From an uncultured bacterium (GTDB lineage Bacteria > Omnitrophota > Gorgyraeia > Ghiorseimicrobiales > Ghiorseimicrobiaceae): DNA of 64,000 bases. A program made the position numbers and the translations under genes. This document shows positions 14,651 through 24,636 of the stretch, piece after piece. The stretch covers positions 562 through 64,561 of the forward strand of contig CAJVXN010000006.1 of NCBI GenBank assembly GCA_913009335.1. The letters run 5' to 3'. The number at the start of each line of letters is the position of its first letter. Within the stretch, counting starts at the first letter, position 1. Under the pieces are notes generated by a model. The model had not been told where the DNA came from, made no database searches, and saw nothing but the letters and a program-made list of their open reading frames with translations.

Positions 14651-16660
14651 ATGAAAGATTTTTTCCAGAATAATCTAGATATCGTATTTTTCATCTATGG
14701 GTTTTCTTTTATTGTTATGGGTCTTGCTATTATCATGCAGACCCGTCGGGGCTCTTCATTTAAAATTGCGGATATTTTATGGTTATTGGGAACATTCGGC
14801 TTGCTTCACGGTGCTAATGAATGGTTGCATATGTGGGTAATCATAAAACGCGCCCAGGAAGTTTTTATTTTATTTGATATATTGCACTGGGCCATACTTA
14901 CGGCATCTTTTTGCTTTTTATTTGAATTCGGCAGGAGATTACTTGCATTGTCGAAAGGCAATAAGAAATATTCAGCGTATTTATCGATTTGGACCTTGGT
15001 TGTTTTAGTATCAATGTCTGTGATACTCGGAATCTTTGGTAGAAATTTTTGGCAGACAAGCAGCATTTGGGTTCGTTACTTGATAGGATTCCCCGGCGGG
15101 GTGCTCGTAGCTTTAGGGTTTGTTAGTTATTTTAATAACGATATAAAACCAACTTTACCGGGGTTAAAGAGAGATTTTTATTCTGCAGCAGTATTTATTT
15201 TTGTCTATAGCTTACTTAGCGGGTTAGTTAGTTCGCCGGCTGCATTTTTCCCCGCCTCTTTGATTAACACAAAAGTATTTATGAAAGTAACTTACGGAAT
15301 ACCCGTTCAGGTGTTCCGTGCATTTTTTGCGGCAGCAGCGACAATATCTATAGGCAGGATTCTTATGATGTTTCGATGGGAAACAATCAAAAATTTATGT
15401 GCCGTCGAAACAGAGAAATTTACCGATAAGATTACTTCTTCCATTGATGAAATGATTATGGTACTCGATAGCGATTTTCGTATAAAGTGGGCTAATAAGA
15501 GATTGAAAGAAGCATATGGCCCTTATGTTAAAGGCAGGCATTGCTATGAGGTTACGCATCATCTGGATAAGCCCTGTCATCTGCCGAATGACGCCTGTCC
15601 GATTGAGGATGTAAGAAGGACCAATAAACCCAAAAGCGTAATACATACACACTTTGATAAAAATAATAAACCGATTTACGCGGAGGTGTATGCTTGTCCG
15701 TTATTAGATGAGGACGGAAAACCAACCGGTGATTTTATACATACAAGCCGTAATGTTACAGATAGAACCAAGGCTCAGAAGGAGCTTGAGGAAGCCTATA
15801 CAGAATTAAAGGCAATCCAGGAGAAATTGTTATCTGCCGAGAAAATGGCTTCTTTGGGTAAACTTTCTGCCGGAATTGCCCACGAGATAAACAACCCCAT
15901 TGGCTATGTCATTAGTAATTTATCAAGCTTGGAAAAATATATTACCAATCTGTTGCCAATGTTTAGTAAGTATTCAGAGTTAGAAGAGGTTATAGCCAAT
16001 AACGCTAAAGCAGAAGCTGAAAAATTACTCATACAGATTAAAAATACTAAAAAAGAAATTGATTTTAACTATTTACTTAAGGATTTACCCGGATTAATTA
16101 AGGAAACTCTTGACGGCGCGGAGCGTGTAGTGCGAATAATCCGCGATTTAAAGAGTTTTGCCCGTAAAGATGAAATCGAGTTAACAGAAATCGATATTAA
16201 TGAGTTAATCGAAAGCGCATTGAATATTGTCTGGAATGAGGTAAAATATAAGACAGATGTGAGTAAAGAGTATGGTGAGCTTCCAAAAATACCTTGTCAT
16301 CCACAGCAGATAACGCAGGCAGTTATGAATATTTTGGTAAATGCGGCCCAGTCAATAGAAGAAAAAGGCACTATCGCTATAAAAACTTATACAGAGAATG
16401 CTAAAGTTTATATAGAAATACAGGATAGCGGAGGCGGCATGAGCGAGGAAACACGGAAAATGATCTTTGAGCCGTTTTTTACAACTAAGCCGGTTGGTGA
16501 GGGAACAGGTTTAGGATTAGCAATTGTTTACGGTATTATCCAGAAACATAAGGGAACTATTGAGGTTAAGAGCACAGAAGGTAAAGGTTCAATTTTTATA
16601 GTCGCTCTACCTATTGCCGCGCCAAAGGGAGTAACAGTTATAAAGGATGCGCAAAAATAG
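14651..16660 (+). CDS. Membrane sensor histidine kinase (multi-TM + Cys-rich PAS-like + HisKA + HATPase_c)
   Basis: TM helices; [21 protein letters not shown]; H-box [16 protein letters not shown]; G-boxes GGGMSEE and [11 protein letters not shown]. Confidence 0.85.
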   Translation: MKDFFQNNLDIVFFIYGFSFIVMGLAIIMQTRRGSSFKIADILWLLGTFGLLHGANEWLHMWVIIKRAQEVFILFDILHWAILTASFCFLFEFGRRLLALSKGNKKYSAYLSIWTLVVLVSMSVILGIFGRNFWQTSSIWVRYLIGFPGGVLVALGFVSYFNNDIKPTLPGLKRDFYSAAVFIFVYSLLSGLVSSPAAFFPASLINTKVFMKVTYGIPVQVFRAFFAAAATISIGRILMMFRWETIKNLCAVETEKFTDKITSSIDEMIMVLDSDFRIKWANKRLKEAYGPYVKGRHCYEVTHHLDKPCHLPNDACPIEDVRRTNKPKSVIHTHFDKNNKPIYAEVYACPLLDEDGKPTGDFIHTSRNVTDRTKAQKELEEAYTELKAIQEKLLSAEKMASLGKLSAGIAHEINNPIGYVISNLSSLEKYITNLLPMFSKYSELEEVIANNAKAEAEKLLIQIKNTKKEIDFNYLLKDLPGLIKETLDGAERVVRIIRDLKSFARKDEIELTEIDINELIESALNIVWNEVKYKTDVSKEYGELPKIPCHPQQITQAVMNILVNAAQSIEEKGTIAIKTYTENAKVYIEIQDSGGGMSEETRKMIFEPFFTTKPVGEGTGLGLAIVYGIIQKHKGTIEVKSTEGKGSIFIVALPIAAPKGVTVIKDAQK

Positions 16661-16710
16661 GGAAAACTATATTTTTAACTTAAAAGCGTTATTTATTTAA
16701 GGAGGGGGAA

Positions 16711-17424
16711 ATGGAGAAAAAGTTAAAATTACTTTTAGTTGATGATGAAGAGAATATACTTAGCGCCTTAAATCGTGTATTTAGAGATGATAATGTTTAT
16801 GAAATAATAACTGCTCATAGCGCGCAAGACGCATTACAGAAAGTATCTTCTGTATCTGTAGATGTTGTTATTTCGGATCAAAGGATGCCGGGCATGGGAG
16901 GTGCTGAACTTCTTCAAAAGATACGCGATCTTTACCCTGATTCGATACGTTTTTTATTAAGCGGCTATGCCGATGTGGAAGCAATAATCTCCGCGATTAA
17001 TGAAGGAGATATCTATAGGTTTATAAAAAAGCCCTGGAATAATGAGGATCTTAAAATGCTGGTTAAAAAAGCAATCGGACAGAGAGATATAAGCAGGCTT
17101 ATTAGTGAAGCTATTTTTCGCGCCAAACGTACAATAGACGCAGGTAAGGATCTTGAGGTCGCTACATCTGAAGATAAAAAAAGCCTTATTGTAAAATTAA
17201 AAGATTCATCAAAGGTTATATCTCCTGAAAATATTCTTCGTTTAGTTGATTTTATAATCGGCACCGTTGAATCCGAGGGGAAGATAACGGATGGCCAGTT
17301 TCGCTTTTCAAGCGGTATGATCAATAAGAAAGAGGGGCGTATTGTTTTAAGTATTGATATGGGTAAATCTATAAGCTTAAATATTGAATTACCGCCGACG
17401 GAATCATCCGCGAAGCAAGCCTAA
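16711..17424 (+). CDS. Response regulator (CheY-like receiver + C-terminal domain of unknown function)
   Basis: LLLVDDEENIL...ISDQRMPGMGGAELL...LSGYAD. Confidence 0.8.
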   Translation: MEKKLKLLLVDDEENILSALNRVFRDDNVYEIITAHSAQDALQKVSSVSVDVVISDQRMPGMGGAELLQKIRDLYPDSIRFLLSGYADVEAIISAINEGDIYRFIKKPWNNEDLKMLVKKAIGQRDISRLISEAIFRAKRTIDAGKDLEVATSEDKKSLIVKLKDSSKVISPENILRLVDFIIGTVESEGKITDGQFRFSSGMINKKEGRIVLSIDMGKSISLNIELPPTESSAKQA

Positions 17425-17441
17425 ATTTAACCGAGTAAAAA

Positions 17442-17792
17442 ATGAACCGCGCAAAAGAACGACGTAAATATCGAAGGTTTAGAGTTGCGTTGCCGATTGA
17501 TTGCAGCGGAATACAATTTTTTCAGGCACGGGATTCTCAAAATCTAAGCGAGGGTGGAATATTTATCCAAACAAAGCTAATTGAGAAACTAGGAGTGAAA
17601 GTTGAGATAGTATTTATTTTTAAGGAAGATTGGGAAACAATCAAGGTTTTCGGTGAGGTGGCGTGGACGGGAAAAATTAACGATGAGCAGGATAGCAGGA
17701 TATCTTCTTCCGGTATGGGAATAAGATTTATCGACCCACCTGATGATTTTACTAAAAGAATTAAGCGTTTATATTTAAGACCCCTCCTTTAA
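17442..17792 (+). CDS. PilZ-domain c-di-GMP-binding protein
   Basis: RRKYRRFRV (RxxxR) and NLSEGGIFI (D/NxSxxG). Confidence 0.6.
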   Translation: MNRAKERRKYRRFRVALPIDCSGIQFFQARDSQNLSEGGIFIQTKLIEKLGVKVEIVFIFKEDWETIKVFGEVAWTGKINDEQDSRISSSGMGIRFIDPPDDFTKRIKRLYLRPLL

Positions 17793-17826
17793 GGGCAACA
17801 GGAGGGTCTATCCCTGTGGATAAAAT
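17779..17826. repeat. REP-like hairpin element (GACCCCTCC...GGAGGGTC TATCCCTGTGGAT)
   Basis: Stem shows compensatory change relative to the 13091 copy (CATCC/GGATG versus CCTCC/GGAGG). Confidence 0.6.
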
Positions 17827-17828
17827 GA

Positions 17829-17954
17829 AACCCCGTTAGAGATAGGTCACCGAGGGTGACCGTTTATTAAGCTAAAGCTCGCAGATAAAATTATAGGCTC
17901 TATAATTATGAATTTATCAGATGTAAATACAAGTGATAGTATCTCTAACGGGGT
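17829..17954. repeat. 126-bp element with 15-bp inverted termini (copy B), abutting mdh start
   Basis: AACCCCGTTAGAGAT at 17829-17843 plus hairpin GGTCACC-GAGG-GTGACC; ATCTCTAACGGGGT at 17941-17954 directly followed by GTG-AAA-AAG (MKKIAIIGAG...). Confidence 0.7.
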
Positions 17955-18876
17955 GAAAAAGATTGCGATAATTGGTGCTGGCAATGTTGGCGGCATGACT
18001 GCTGTGCGTATTCTTGATGAAGGAATAGCGCAAGTTGAGCTTGTGGATGTTGCGGAAAATTTAGCGCGTGCTAAAGCTTCTGATTTAGAAGACGCAAGGC
18101 TCGCTTTATTGCGTGATTATTCAATATCTGCCGGGAGTGATTTTTCAAAAATAAAAGGTTCTGAGATCGTCATCGTAACAGCCGGTCTTGCTAGAAGGCC
18201 GGGAATGACGCGCGAAGACCTTTTGAAAAAGAATGCGGAGATTGTTAAAAACGTAGCAGGCTATGTTAAGCAATATGCAAAAGATGCAATTTGTATAATT
18301 GTCAGCAATCCTGTGGATGTGATGACTTATTTGTTTCTTGATAAGCTTTCCGGGGATCGTTTTCGTGTATTTGGTATGGGCATGAATTTAGATGCATCGC
18401 GCTTTGCGAACTTGATAAGCAAGAAGCTTAACGTCAGTGTGCAGCAAGTAAAACCTATCGTAATAGGCGCGCACGGTCAAAATATGATTCCCTTGTCTCG
18501 GTTGACTCTGGTTAACGATACGCCGCTTACATCTCTTATTTCCAAAGAAGAAGTAACCGCGCTTGAGCAGGAGACGATTAACCGCGGTGCTTCTATAGTT
18601 GGGCTGTATGGATCCGGCAGCGCCTATTTTGCGCCTTCAGCCGCCATTCTCGAGATTGTAAAGCTGATTAATAATGATGCGCATGCTCTGCTTGCGGCAT
18701 CGGTAAAGCTTTCGGGTGAATACGATATTTCTGATGTATGCATAGGAGTTTCCGTTCATTTAGGTAAAGGCGGCATTGAGGAAATCGTAAAACTTGATTT
18801 AAATGATGACGAATTATCCGCCTTACAAGATGCAGCTTCAGTAATCAAATCCAATATTAAATCTATTTTTAAATAA
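17908..18876 (+). CDS. mdh: Malate dehydrogenase (LDH/MDH family; Arg at substrate-specificity position)
   Basis: KKIAIIGAGNVGG, IVTAGLARRPGMTREDLL. The likely true start is GTG at 17953; the ORF-track N-terminal extension is encoded by the repeat element. Confidence 0.8.
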   Translation: MNLSDVNTSDSISNGVKKIAIIGAGNVGGMTAVRILDEGIAQVELVDVAENLARAKASDLEDARLALLRDYSISAGSDFSKIKGSEIVIVTAGLARRPGMTREDLLKKNAEIVKNVAGYVKQYAKDAICIIVSNPVDVMTYLFLDKLSGDRFRVFGMGMNLDASRFANLISKKLNVSVQQVKPIVIGAHGQNMIPLSRLTLVNDTPLTSLISKEEVTALEQETINRGASIVGLYGSGSAYFAPSAAILEIVKLINNDAHALLAASVKLSGEYDISDVCIGVSVHLGKGGIEEIVKLDLNDDELSALQDAASVIKSNIKSIFK

Positions 18877-18889
18877 TACGGGGGGAGCA

Positions 18890-20194
18890 ATGTATGATGT
18901 TTGTGTAATTGGTTCTGGGTGGGCAGGAATCAACGCGGCGATAACTGCTGTTAATAATAAATTATCCGTGTGTCTTATTGAGAAAAATACATTAGGAGGA
19001 ACTTGTCTTAACTACGGATGTATTCCAACTAAGAGTCTTGTAGCAAGTGCGGCTCATCTCTATGCGGCAAATCATTCCACTGAATTTGGTATAGACCTAA
19101 AGGAGATAAAATTAAATTTTACTAAGGTCCTTGAGCGTAAAAATAAAGTTGTATCGCGCCTGCATTTGGGATTGGAGGGTTTAATTAAAACAAAAAAGAT
19201 ATATTTAATAAATGGCGAGGCAAAAATTATTAATAAAAATCAAATTTCCGTGGGTAAGGATATAATTGAAGTCAAGAATATCGTTATCGCGACAGGATCT
19301 CGTCCGCGTCAATTAAGCAATTTAAAATTTGACTCAAAGCACATCCTGTCTAGTACTGATATGCTGAATTTAGATAAACTGCCTGAAAATATTTTAGTTA
19401 TTGGTGGTGGTGTAATCGGCTGTGAATTTGCCGGTGTTTTTTCACAAATGGGTTCAAAAGTTACGATTTCTGAAATACTCGAGCGGATTCTTATTACCGA
19501 AGATAGAGAAGCGTCAAAAAAAATGGAAATCGCGTTTAAGAAACAGGGTGTTAAGATTCTTACAAAAACTGATTTTGCAACTCTCAACCTGGATGAATTC
19601 GATAAAGTATTACTGTGTGTGGGCCGCGCAGTAAATAGTGAAAATCTGGGTTTAGAAGCAGCGGGCATTGCAACAGATAAGGGAAAGATCGTTGTAGATA
19701 AAAATCTTATGACTAATATTGATAGCATCTATGCCGCGGGAGATTGTATAGGCGGCTATCAATTAGCGCATGTTGCTGCTTATGAGGGTAAGATTACAGT
19801 TGAAAATATTTTAGGTAAAAATAAAGAGCCTGACTATAGCGCCGTACCAAACTGCATATTTACGCATCCTGAAATCGCCAGCGTCGGATTATCAGAGGCC
19901 GCAGCAGGTGAAAAAGGATATAATACTAAAATTGCAAAATTTAATTTTCTCGCTTTAGGTATGGCGCATGTTAAAGGTGAGCCTGAAGGTTTTGTTAAAC
20001 TCCTCGTAAACTCTGAAAATGAGCAGATTCTCGGTGCTACTATCTTTGGTATTGGCGCTACAGAATTAATCGCGATACTCGCATTGGCGATACGTAATAA
20101 TTTAGATGTCACGGCACTTTCTGAAACTATTTTTCCTCATCCCTCCTTATCTGAATCTATCGCAGAAACGGTACATAATTTTCATGCAAATTAA
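18890..20194 (+). CDS. lpd: Dihydrolipoyl dehydrogenase-like pyridine nucleotide-disulfide oxidoreductase
   Basis: GSGWAG FAD-binding site; redox disulfide GGTCLNYGCIPTK; NAD-binding GGGVIGCEFAG; C-terminal HPSLSE. Confidence 0.7.
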   Translation: MYDVCVIGSGWAGINAAITAVNNKLSVCLIEKNTLGGTCLNYGCIPTKSLVASAAHLYAANHSTEFGIDLKEIKLNFTKVLERKNKVVSRLHLGLEGLIKTKKIYLINGEAKIINKNQISVGKDIIEVKNIVIATGSRPRQLSNLKFDSKHILSSTDMLNLDKLPENILVIGGGVIGCEFAGVFSQMGSKVTISEILERILITEDREASKKMEIAFKKQGVKILTKTDFATLNLDEFDKVLLCVGRAVNSENLGLEAAGIATDKGKIVVDKNLMTNIDSIYAAGDCIGGYQLAHVAAYEGKITVENILGKNKEPDYSAVPNCIFTHPEIASVGLSEAAAGEKGYNTKIAKFNFLALGMAHVKGEPEGFVKLLVNSENEQILGATIFGIGATELIAILALAIRNNLDVTALSETIFPHPSLSESIAETVHNFHAN

Positions 20195-20319
20195 CCCCGT
20201 TAGAGATGGCGGCAAAAATTAATCATAAAAAGCAAATGCCGGTTGAAGAATATCGATTACCTGATGAAGCTTTTTCTCGAACAGACGTCCGCCGTAGGCG
20301 GACTATCTCTAACGGGGTT
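20193..20319. repeat. 127-bp element with 15-bp inverted termini (copy C), between lpd stop and lipB core
   Basis: AACCCCGTTAGAGAT at 20193-20207 (overlaps the lipB ORF ATG); hairpin GTCCGCC-TACG-GCGGAC; ATCTCTAACGGGGTT at 20305-20319. Confidence 0.7.
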
Positions 20320-20988
20320 AAACTATTAGATTTAGGCCTGATTGATTATTTAGATGCCTTAAACAAGCAAAAAGAATTGCTCTGTCGCATAAAATCCGGC
20401 AATGATACGGATACGCTTATTTTATGTGAGCATAATCATGTTTTTACATTAGGCAGGCGCGCAAAAGAAGAAAATATACTTTGTGGTATTGAGGGGGCGC
20501 GTAAAATAGGCGTTGATGTTATTCCTGTTGATAGGGGTGGAGATGTGACTTACCATGGGAAGGGGCAGTTGGTTGCCTACATGATTTTTGATTTACGTAA
20601 AGATAAAAAAGACCTAAGTCTTTTTCTGCGCCGCCTGGAGCGTGTTGTTCTGGGAGTACTTAATGATTATGGAATTAGAGGCAGTTTGATTGAAGGGCGA
20701 AGAGGTGTCTGGGTGAATAAAAAAAAGATCGCCTCTATTGGTATCGGTGTAAGCGGTTGGGTAACATATCACGGTTTAAGCTTTAATATAAATACAGATT
20801 TAAAGTTTTTTTCGATGATTAACCCGTGCGGGTATCGCGACGTGGAAATGGTCTCTTTATCTGAAATTCTTAATGCTTATGTTGATTTAGTAGCTGTAAA
20901 AGCAGCTTTTATTAATAATCTTGCGAAGGTTTTTGAAAGGAATGTAAAAACAGGAGGGATTTATGTCAAAAACGATTTGTTTACCTGA
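20206..20988 (+). CDS. lipB: Octanoyltransferase LipB
   Basis: LCEHNHVFTLGRR, RGGDVTYHGKGQLVAYMIFDL. The N-terminal ~36 aa of the ORF are encoded by repeat element C, so the start is uncertain. Confidence 0.8.
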   Translation: MAAKINHKKQMPVEEYRLPDEAFSRTDVRRRRTISNGVKLLDLGLIDYLDALNKQKELLCRIKSGNDTDTLILCEHNHVFTLGRRAKEENILCGIEGARKIGVDVIPVDRGGDVTYHGKGQLVAYMIFDLRKDKKDLSLFLRRLERVVLGVLNDYGIRGSLIEGRRGVWVNKKKIASIGIGVSGWVTYHGLSFNINTDLKFFSMINPCGYRDVEMVSLSEILNAYVDLVAVKAAFINNLAKVFERNVKTGGIYVKNDLFT

Positions 20989-21196
20989 ATTAGGTGAGGG
21001 AATAGAAAAAGCAACAGTTTCGTACTGGTTAGTGGATGAGGGGGCCGAGATTAAAGAAGGCGAAGATATTGTTGAAATGGTTACAGATAAGGCTACTTTT
21101 AATGTTCCCGCGAGTTCTGCCGGTGCGATAAAGAAGATTTTGCTGCGCGAGGGCGAAGTGGTTAAGGTAGGTGATGTATTAGCTGAACTTGAGTAA
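20963..21196 (+). CDS. Stand-alone lipoyl-attachment domain protein
   Basis: MVTDKATFNVPA (lipoyl-lysine motif) in a 77-aa E2-type lipoyl domain; overlaps the lipB 3' end. Confidence 0.55.
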   Translation: MSKTICLPELGEGIEKATVSYWLVDEGAEIKEGEDIVEMVTDKATFNVPASSAGAIKKILLREGEVVKVGDVLAELE

Positions 21197-21269
21197 AATC
21201 CGTCTCCCTTGACAAAACGCATATCATATGTTATACTTTATAGTTAACTTACGTCATTAAGGAGAATCT

Positions 21270-21833
21270 ATGGGATTTGGCGACTTAATGAGTCAGCTTA
21301 ATTGGATAGATGTTTTAATTATAACTCTATTGTTTAGAAGCACTTATATAGGTGCAAAACAAGGCGTTATAGTTGAAATATTTAAGTTATTGTCATTTAT
21401 TAGTATTTCCTTTTTTACCCTGCATTATTATGCGGTATGGGGTGATTTTCTTAATAATGCAACCCCGCTAGATAAGTCTGCAAGCTATGTTTTTTGTTAT
21501 TTATTGATAACATCTGTGCTCTTATTCATCTTTAAGTTTGCTCGGCATAGTTTCTTACGCATAGTTAAGATTGAAGTTATAGAATTTTTAAGTTTCTGGG
21601 GAGGGGTATTATTTGGTTTTATCCGCGGATTTTTGGTTTCCAGCCTTATCTGTTTATTTTTCTTTGTTTTTACTGGTGATTATTTAAAGGGTAGTGTGCG
21701 GCAGTCATTTTCAGGGGGAAGGGTGCTTAAGATTTCCCCGGTAGTATATAAATCTATCTATAACGGTTTGATTATAAAATTTAATCCGAACAGCGAATTA
21801 AATGAGGAGTTGTTTGATAGTCTGGAGGGGTAA
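21270..21833 (+). CDS. CvpA-family membrane protein
   Basis: N-terminal WIDVLIITLL...GAKQG...HYY pattern and multiple TM helices. Confidence 0.5.
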   Translation: MGFGDLMSQLNWIDVLIITLLFRSTYIGAKQGVIVEIFKLLSFISISFFTLHYYAVWGDFLNNATPLDKSASYVFCYLLITSVLLFIFKFARHSFLRIVKIEVIEFLSFWGGVLFGFIRGFLVSSLICLFFFVFTGDYLKGSVRQSFSGGRVLKISPVVYKSIYNGLIIKFNPNSELNEELFDSLEG

Positions 21834-22783
21834 TGAAATTAAGTAAGCTATATGAAGCAATAGTAAGAATCGGGATTGATAATGACCCTCGCGGTAAGAC
21901 AGAAATCAATAAACAGCTGGCAAAAGTAAATAAAGCCTGTGCTAAATTATCAAATGAGGATAAAGATTCATTTGATATGGAGACGCTGCAAAACCCATAT
22001 GCCGATACCCGTATATTAACCGGAGATTGCGAAACAAATATAAAAAATGTATTAGTGGGGATAGATGTCGAAACACCCGAGTTGTTACTTACTGATACTA
22101 TAAGGCAAAAGAAAAAAATTGATTTAGTTGTATCTCATCATCCCCAAGGAATAGCATATGCCGGGTTTTACGATGTAATGAAGATGCAGGCAGATATCCT
22201 GGGTAAGGCCGGTGTTCCTATTAGCGTAGCCGAGCAGTTAACGCAAGCTCGTATGCAGCAGGTGGAACGTCGCGTACTTCCGGCAAATCATCTGCGTACT
22301 ACAGATGCGGCTAAATTATTAAATATTAATTTTATCTGTATACATACGCCGGCGGATAATTGCGTAGCTACATATTTACAGAAGCTTATTGACTCAAAGC
22401 ATCCGGAAACAATCGGAGATATTATAGAAATGCTAAAAAAAATACCTGAATACAAATCCGCTATTTTAAATAAGGCCGGGCCTAAAGTGTTGTTAGGTAC
22501 AGAGTCATCCAAGTGCGGCAAGGTTCTTGTAGAAATGACTGGTGGTACAGAAGGTTCTAAAGATATCTTTCCAAAGTTGGCCTCAGCCGGAGTAAGTACG
22601 ATTATTGGCATGCATATCAGTGAAGAACATTTCCAAAAGGCAAAACAAGCGAACATCAACGTTATAATTGCCGGGCATATTAGTTCTGATAATTTAGGGC
22701 TCAATCTTCTTCTAGACGCAGTCCAAAAGAAAGAAAAACTGAATATTGCTGAGTTTTCAGGCTTCAGAAGAGTAAAGCGTTAA
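21833..22783 (+). CDS. Nif3-like (DUF34/YqfO-family) metal-binding protein
   Basis: DLVVSHHP, IHTPADN, GHISSDN resemble Nif3 dinuclear-metal motifs; sits next to dnaG as yqfO does in Bacillus. Confidence 0.4.
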   Translation: MKLSKLYEAIVRIGIDNDPRGKTEINKQLAKVNKACAKLSNEDKDSFDMETLQNPYADTRILTGDCETNIKNVLVGIDVETPELLLTDTIRQKKKIDLVVSHHPQGIAYAGFYDVMKMQADILGKAGVPISVAEQLTQARMQQVERRVLPANHLRTTDAAKLLNINFICIHTPADNCVATYLQKLIDSKHPETIGDIIEMLKKIPEYKSAILNKAGPKVLLGTESSKCGKVLVEMTGGTEGSKDIFPKLASAGVSTIIGMHISEEHFQKAKQANINVIIAGHISSDNLGLNLLLDAVQKKEKLNIAEFSGFRRVKR

Positions 22784-22830
22784 CATTCCATTGTGAACAC
22801 TAAAATAAAAGATAGAGAGATTTAATTTAA

Positions 22831-24636
22831 ATGGCCCATACTATACCATCTGAAACCATTGATGATATTCTGGATAAGTTAAATATCGCTGAGGTTGTTT
22901 CTTCGTATATCCCCTTGAAGCGGGCGGGGCGTAATCTAAAGGCGGTTTGTCCGTTTCACCACGAGAAAACTCCTTCGTTTGTCGTTAGTCCGGATAAACA
23001 AATTTATCATTGCTTTGGATGTGGCGTCGGCGGAAATGCCCTAAACTTTGTAATGGAGTATGAGCGGGTAGAATTTTTAGAGGCTGTGAATATTCTGGCA
23101 AAGAGGTCAGGGGTTGAAATTAAACATTTACCCGGGGCAGCCACTCAACAAACATCCGACACAAAAACAAAGCTTTATAAAATTAACGAAGTAGCGTCTT
23201 TGTTTTATCATAAAAATCTTTTTGCCCTGCCGCAGGCAAAAATTGCCCGTAGTTATTTAAGCAATCGTGCTATTTCGGAAGATATAGCCAGGCAGGCACG
23301 GCTAGGGTTTGCTACGGATCTCTGGGATGGTTTACTTGAGCATTTAAAAAGCGAAGGGGTAAATCCAACATTTACCGCTCGTGTAGGGTTAATAATTGCT
23401 AAAGACCGCGGCGGATTTTACGATCGTTTTCGTAATCGAATAATTTTTCCTATTTTCGACATAAAATCTAAAGTTATTGGTTTTGGCGGCCGGGGGCTGG
23501 ATGATACGACTATGCCGAAATATGTCAATTCTCCCGAAACACCACTTTACATTAAAGGGAAACATTTATACGGTTTAAATTTTTCAAAAGATAAAATACG
23601 GGAAAAGGACTCTTGTCTGATTGTTGAAGGATACCTTGATTTTTTGATTCCTTATTCGCAGGGGATAGATAATATCGTTGCATCTCTTGGTACGGCATTA
23701 ACTAAAGATCAAATTCGTTTGATTAAGCGCTATACGCATAATGTAGTAATGATCTATGATGGCGATATTTCCGGTCAGTTGGCGGCATTAAGAAGTCTGG
23801 ACTTATTTACTGAAGAAGGTCTCAGCGTTAAAATTGTCACTATGGAAAAAGGGTTTGATCCCGACTTGTTTGTAAGAAAATTCGGTGCTTCAAGTTTACG
23901 TGAAAAGATCGCAAGCGCAAAAAGCCTATTTGATTTTAAATTAGATTTTTTAAAACAAAAACATGATATTTTGGATATTGAGCAGAAAGCAAAAATTATC
24001 GAGGAGATGCTTATTACAATAACCAAATTTAACAATGCATTGGTTAAAGCGGGTTATATTAAACTCCTTGCGGAAGAATTAAATGTTTCTGAGTCCGCAA
24101 TCATGCAGGAAGCAAAGAAGCTAAATTCAAAGCAGGATAAGGAATACAGCAGAGAACATTCAAGAGAAAATAGAATAAAGAATACATCGGATGGATTGAA
24201 GAATCAGGAGCGCGCATTCGAGAGACTGCTTGTACAGCTTATGCTGCAAGAGGAAGAAATATTGCATAAAATGAAAGATACCGTTTCTGCATCTGATTTT
24301 CACGACAAACATTTGAGTGAAATTGTAAGTACGATGTTTGAGTTAACTCATCTTGGAAAAAGCATAACCCCGAATAAATTACTTACTTTTTTCCAGGATC
24401 GAGACGTGGCAACTACTATTTGTAGGCTTAGCACGACCGATGAGATTATAGCGGATAAGGACAAAGTTGTTACTGAGTGTGTGTTGCGTCTTAAAAAAGA
24501 GGCGATTAAAACCGCTAAGCATCGGTTATCGAAAGAGATTAAGGACGCGCAAAATATAAATGATAAAGAAAGATTGACATATCTGTTGCATGAATTTAAT
24601 GTGTTAGCAAAAAAGAAGGTATCCTATGAGGCGTAA
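22831..24636 (+). CDS. dnaG: DNA primase
   Basis: CHC2 zinc finger [11 protein letters not shown]...[10 protein letters not shown]; TOPRIM region. Confidence 0.9.
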   Translation: MAHTIPSETIDDILDKLNIAEVVSSYIPLKRAGRNLKAVCPFHHEKTPSFVVSPDKQIYHCFGCGVGGNALNFVMEYERVEFLEAVNILAKRSGVEIKHLPGAATQQTSDTKTKLYKINEVASLFYHKNLFALPQAKIARSYLSNRAISEDIARQARLGFATDLWDGLLEHLKSEGVNPTFTARVGLIIAKDRGGFYDRFRNRIIFPIFDIKSKVIGFGGRGLDDTTMPKYVNSPETPLYIKGKHLYGLNFSKDKIREKDSCLIVEGYLDFLIPYSQGIDNIVASLGTALTKDQIRLIKRYTHNVVMIYDGDISGQLAALRSLDLFTEEGLSVKIVTMEKGFDPDLFVRKFGASSLREKIASAKSLFDFKLDFLKQKHDILDIEQKAKIIEEMLITITKFNNALVKAGYIKLLAEELNVSESAIMQEAKKLNSKQDKEYSREHSRENRIKNTSDGLKNQERAFERLLVQLMLQEEEILHKMKDTVSASDFHDKHLSEIVSTMFELTHLGKSITPNKLLTFFQDRDVATTICRLSTTDEIIADKDKVVTECVLRLKKEAIKTAKHRLSKEIKDAQNINDKERLTYLLHEFNVLAKKKVSYEA

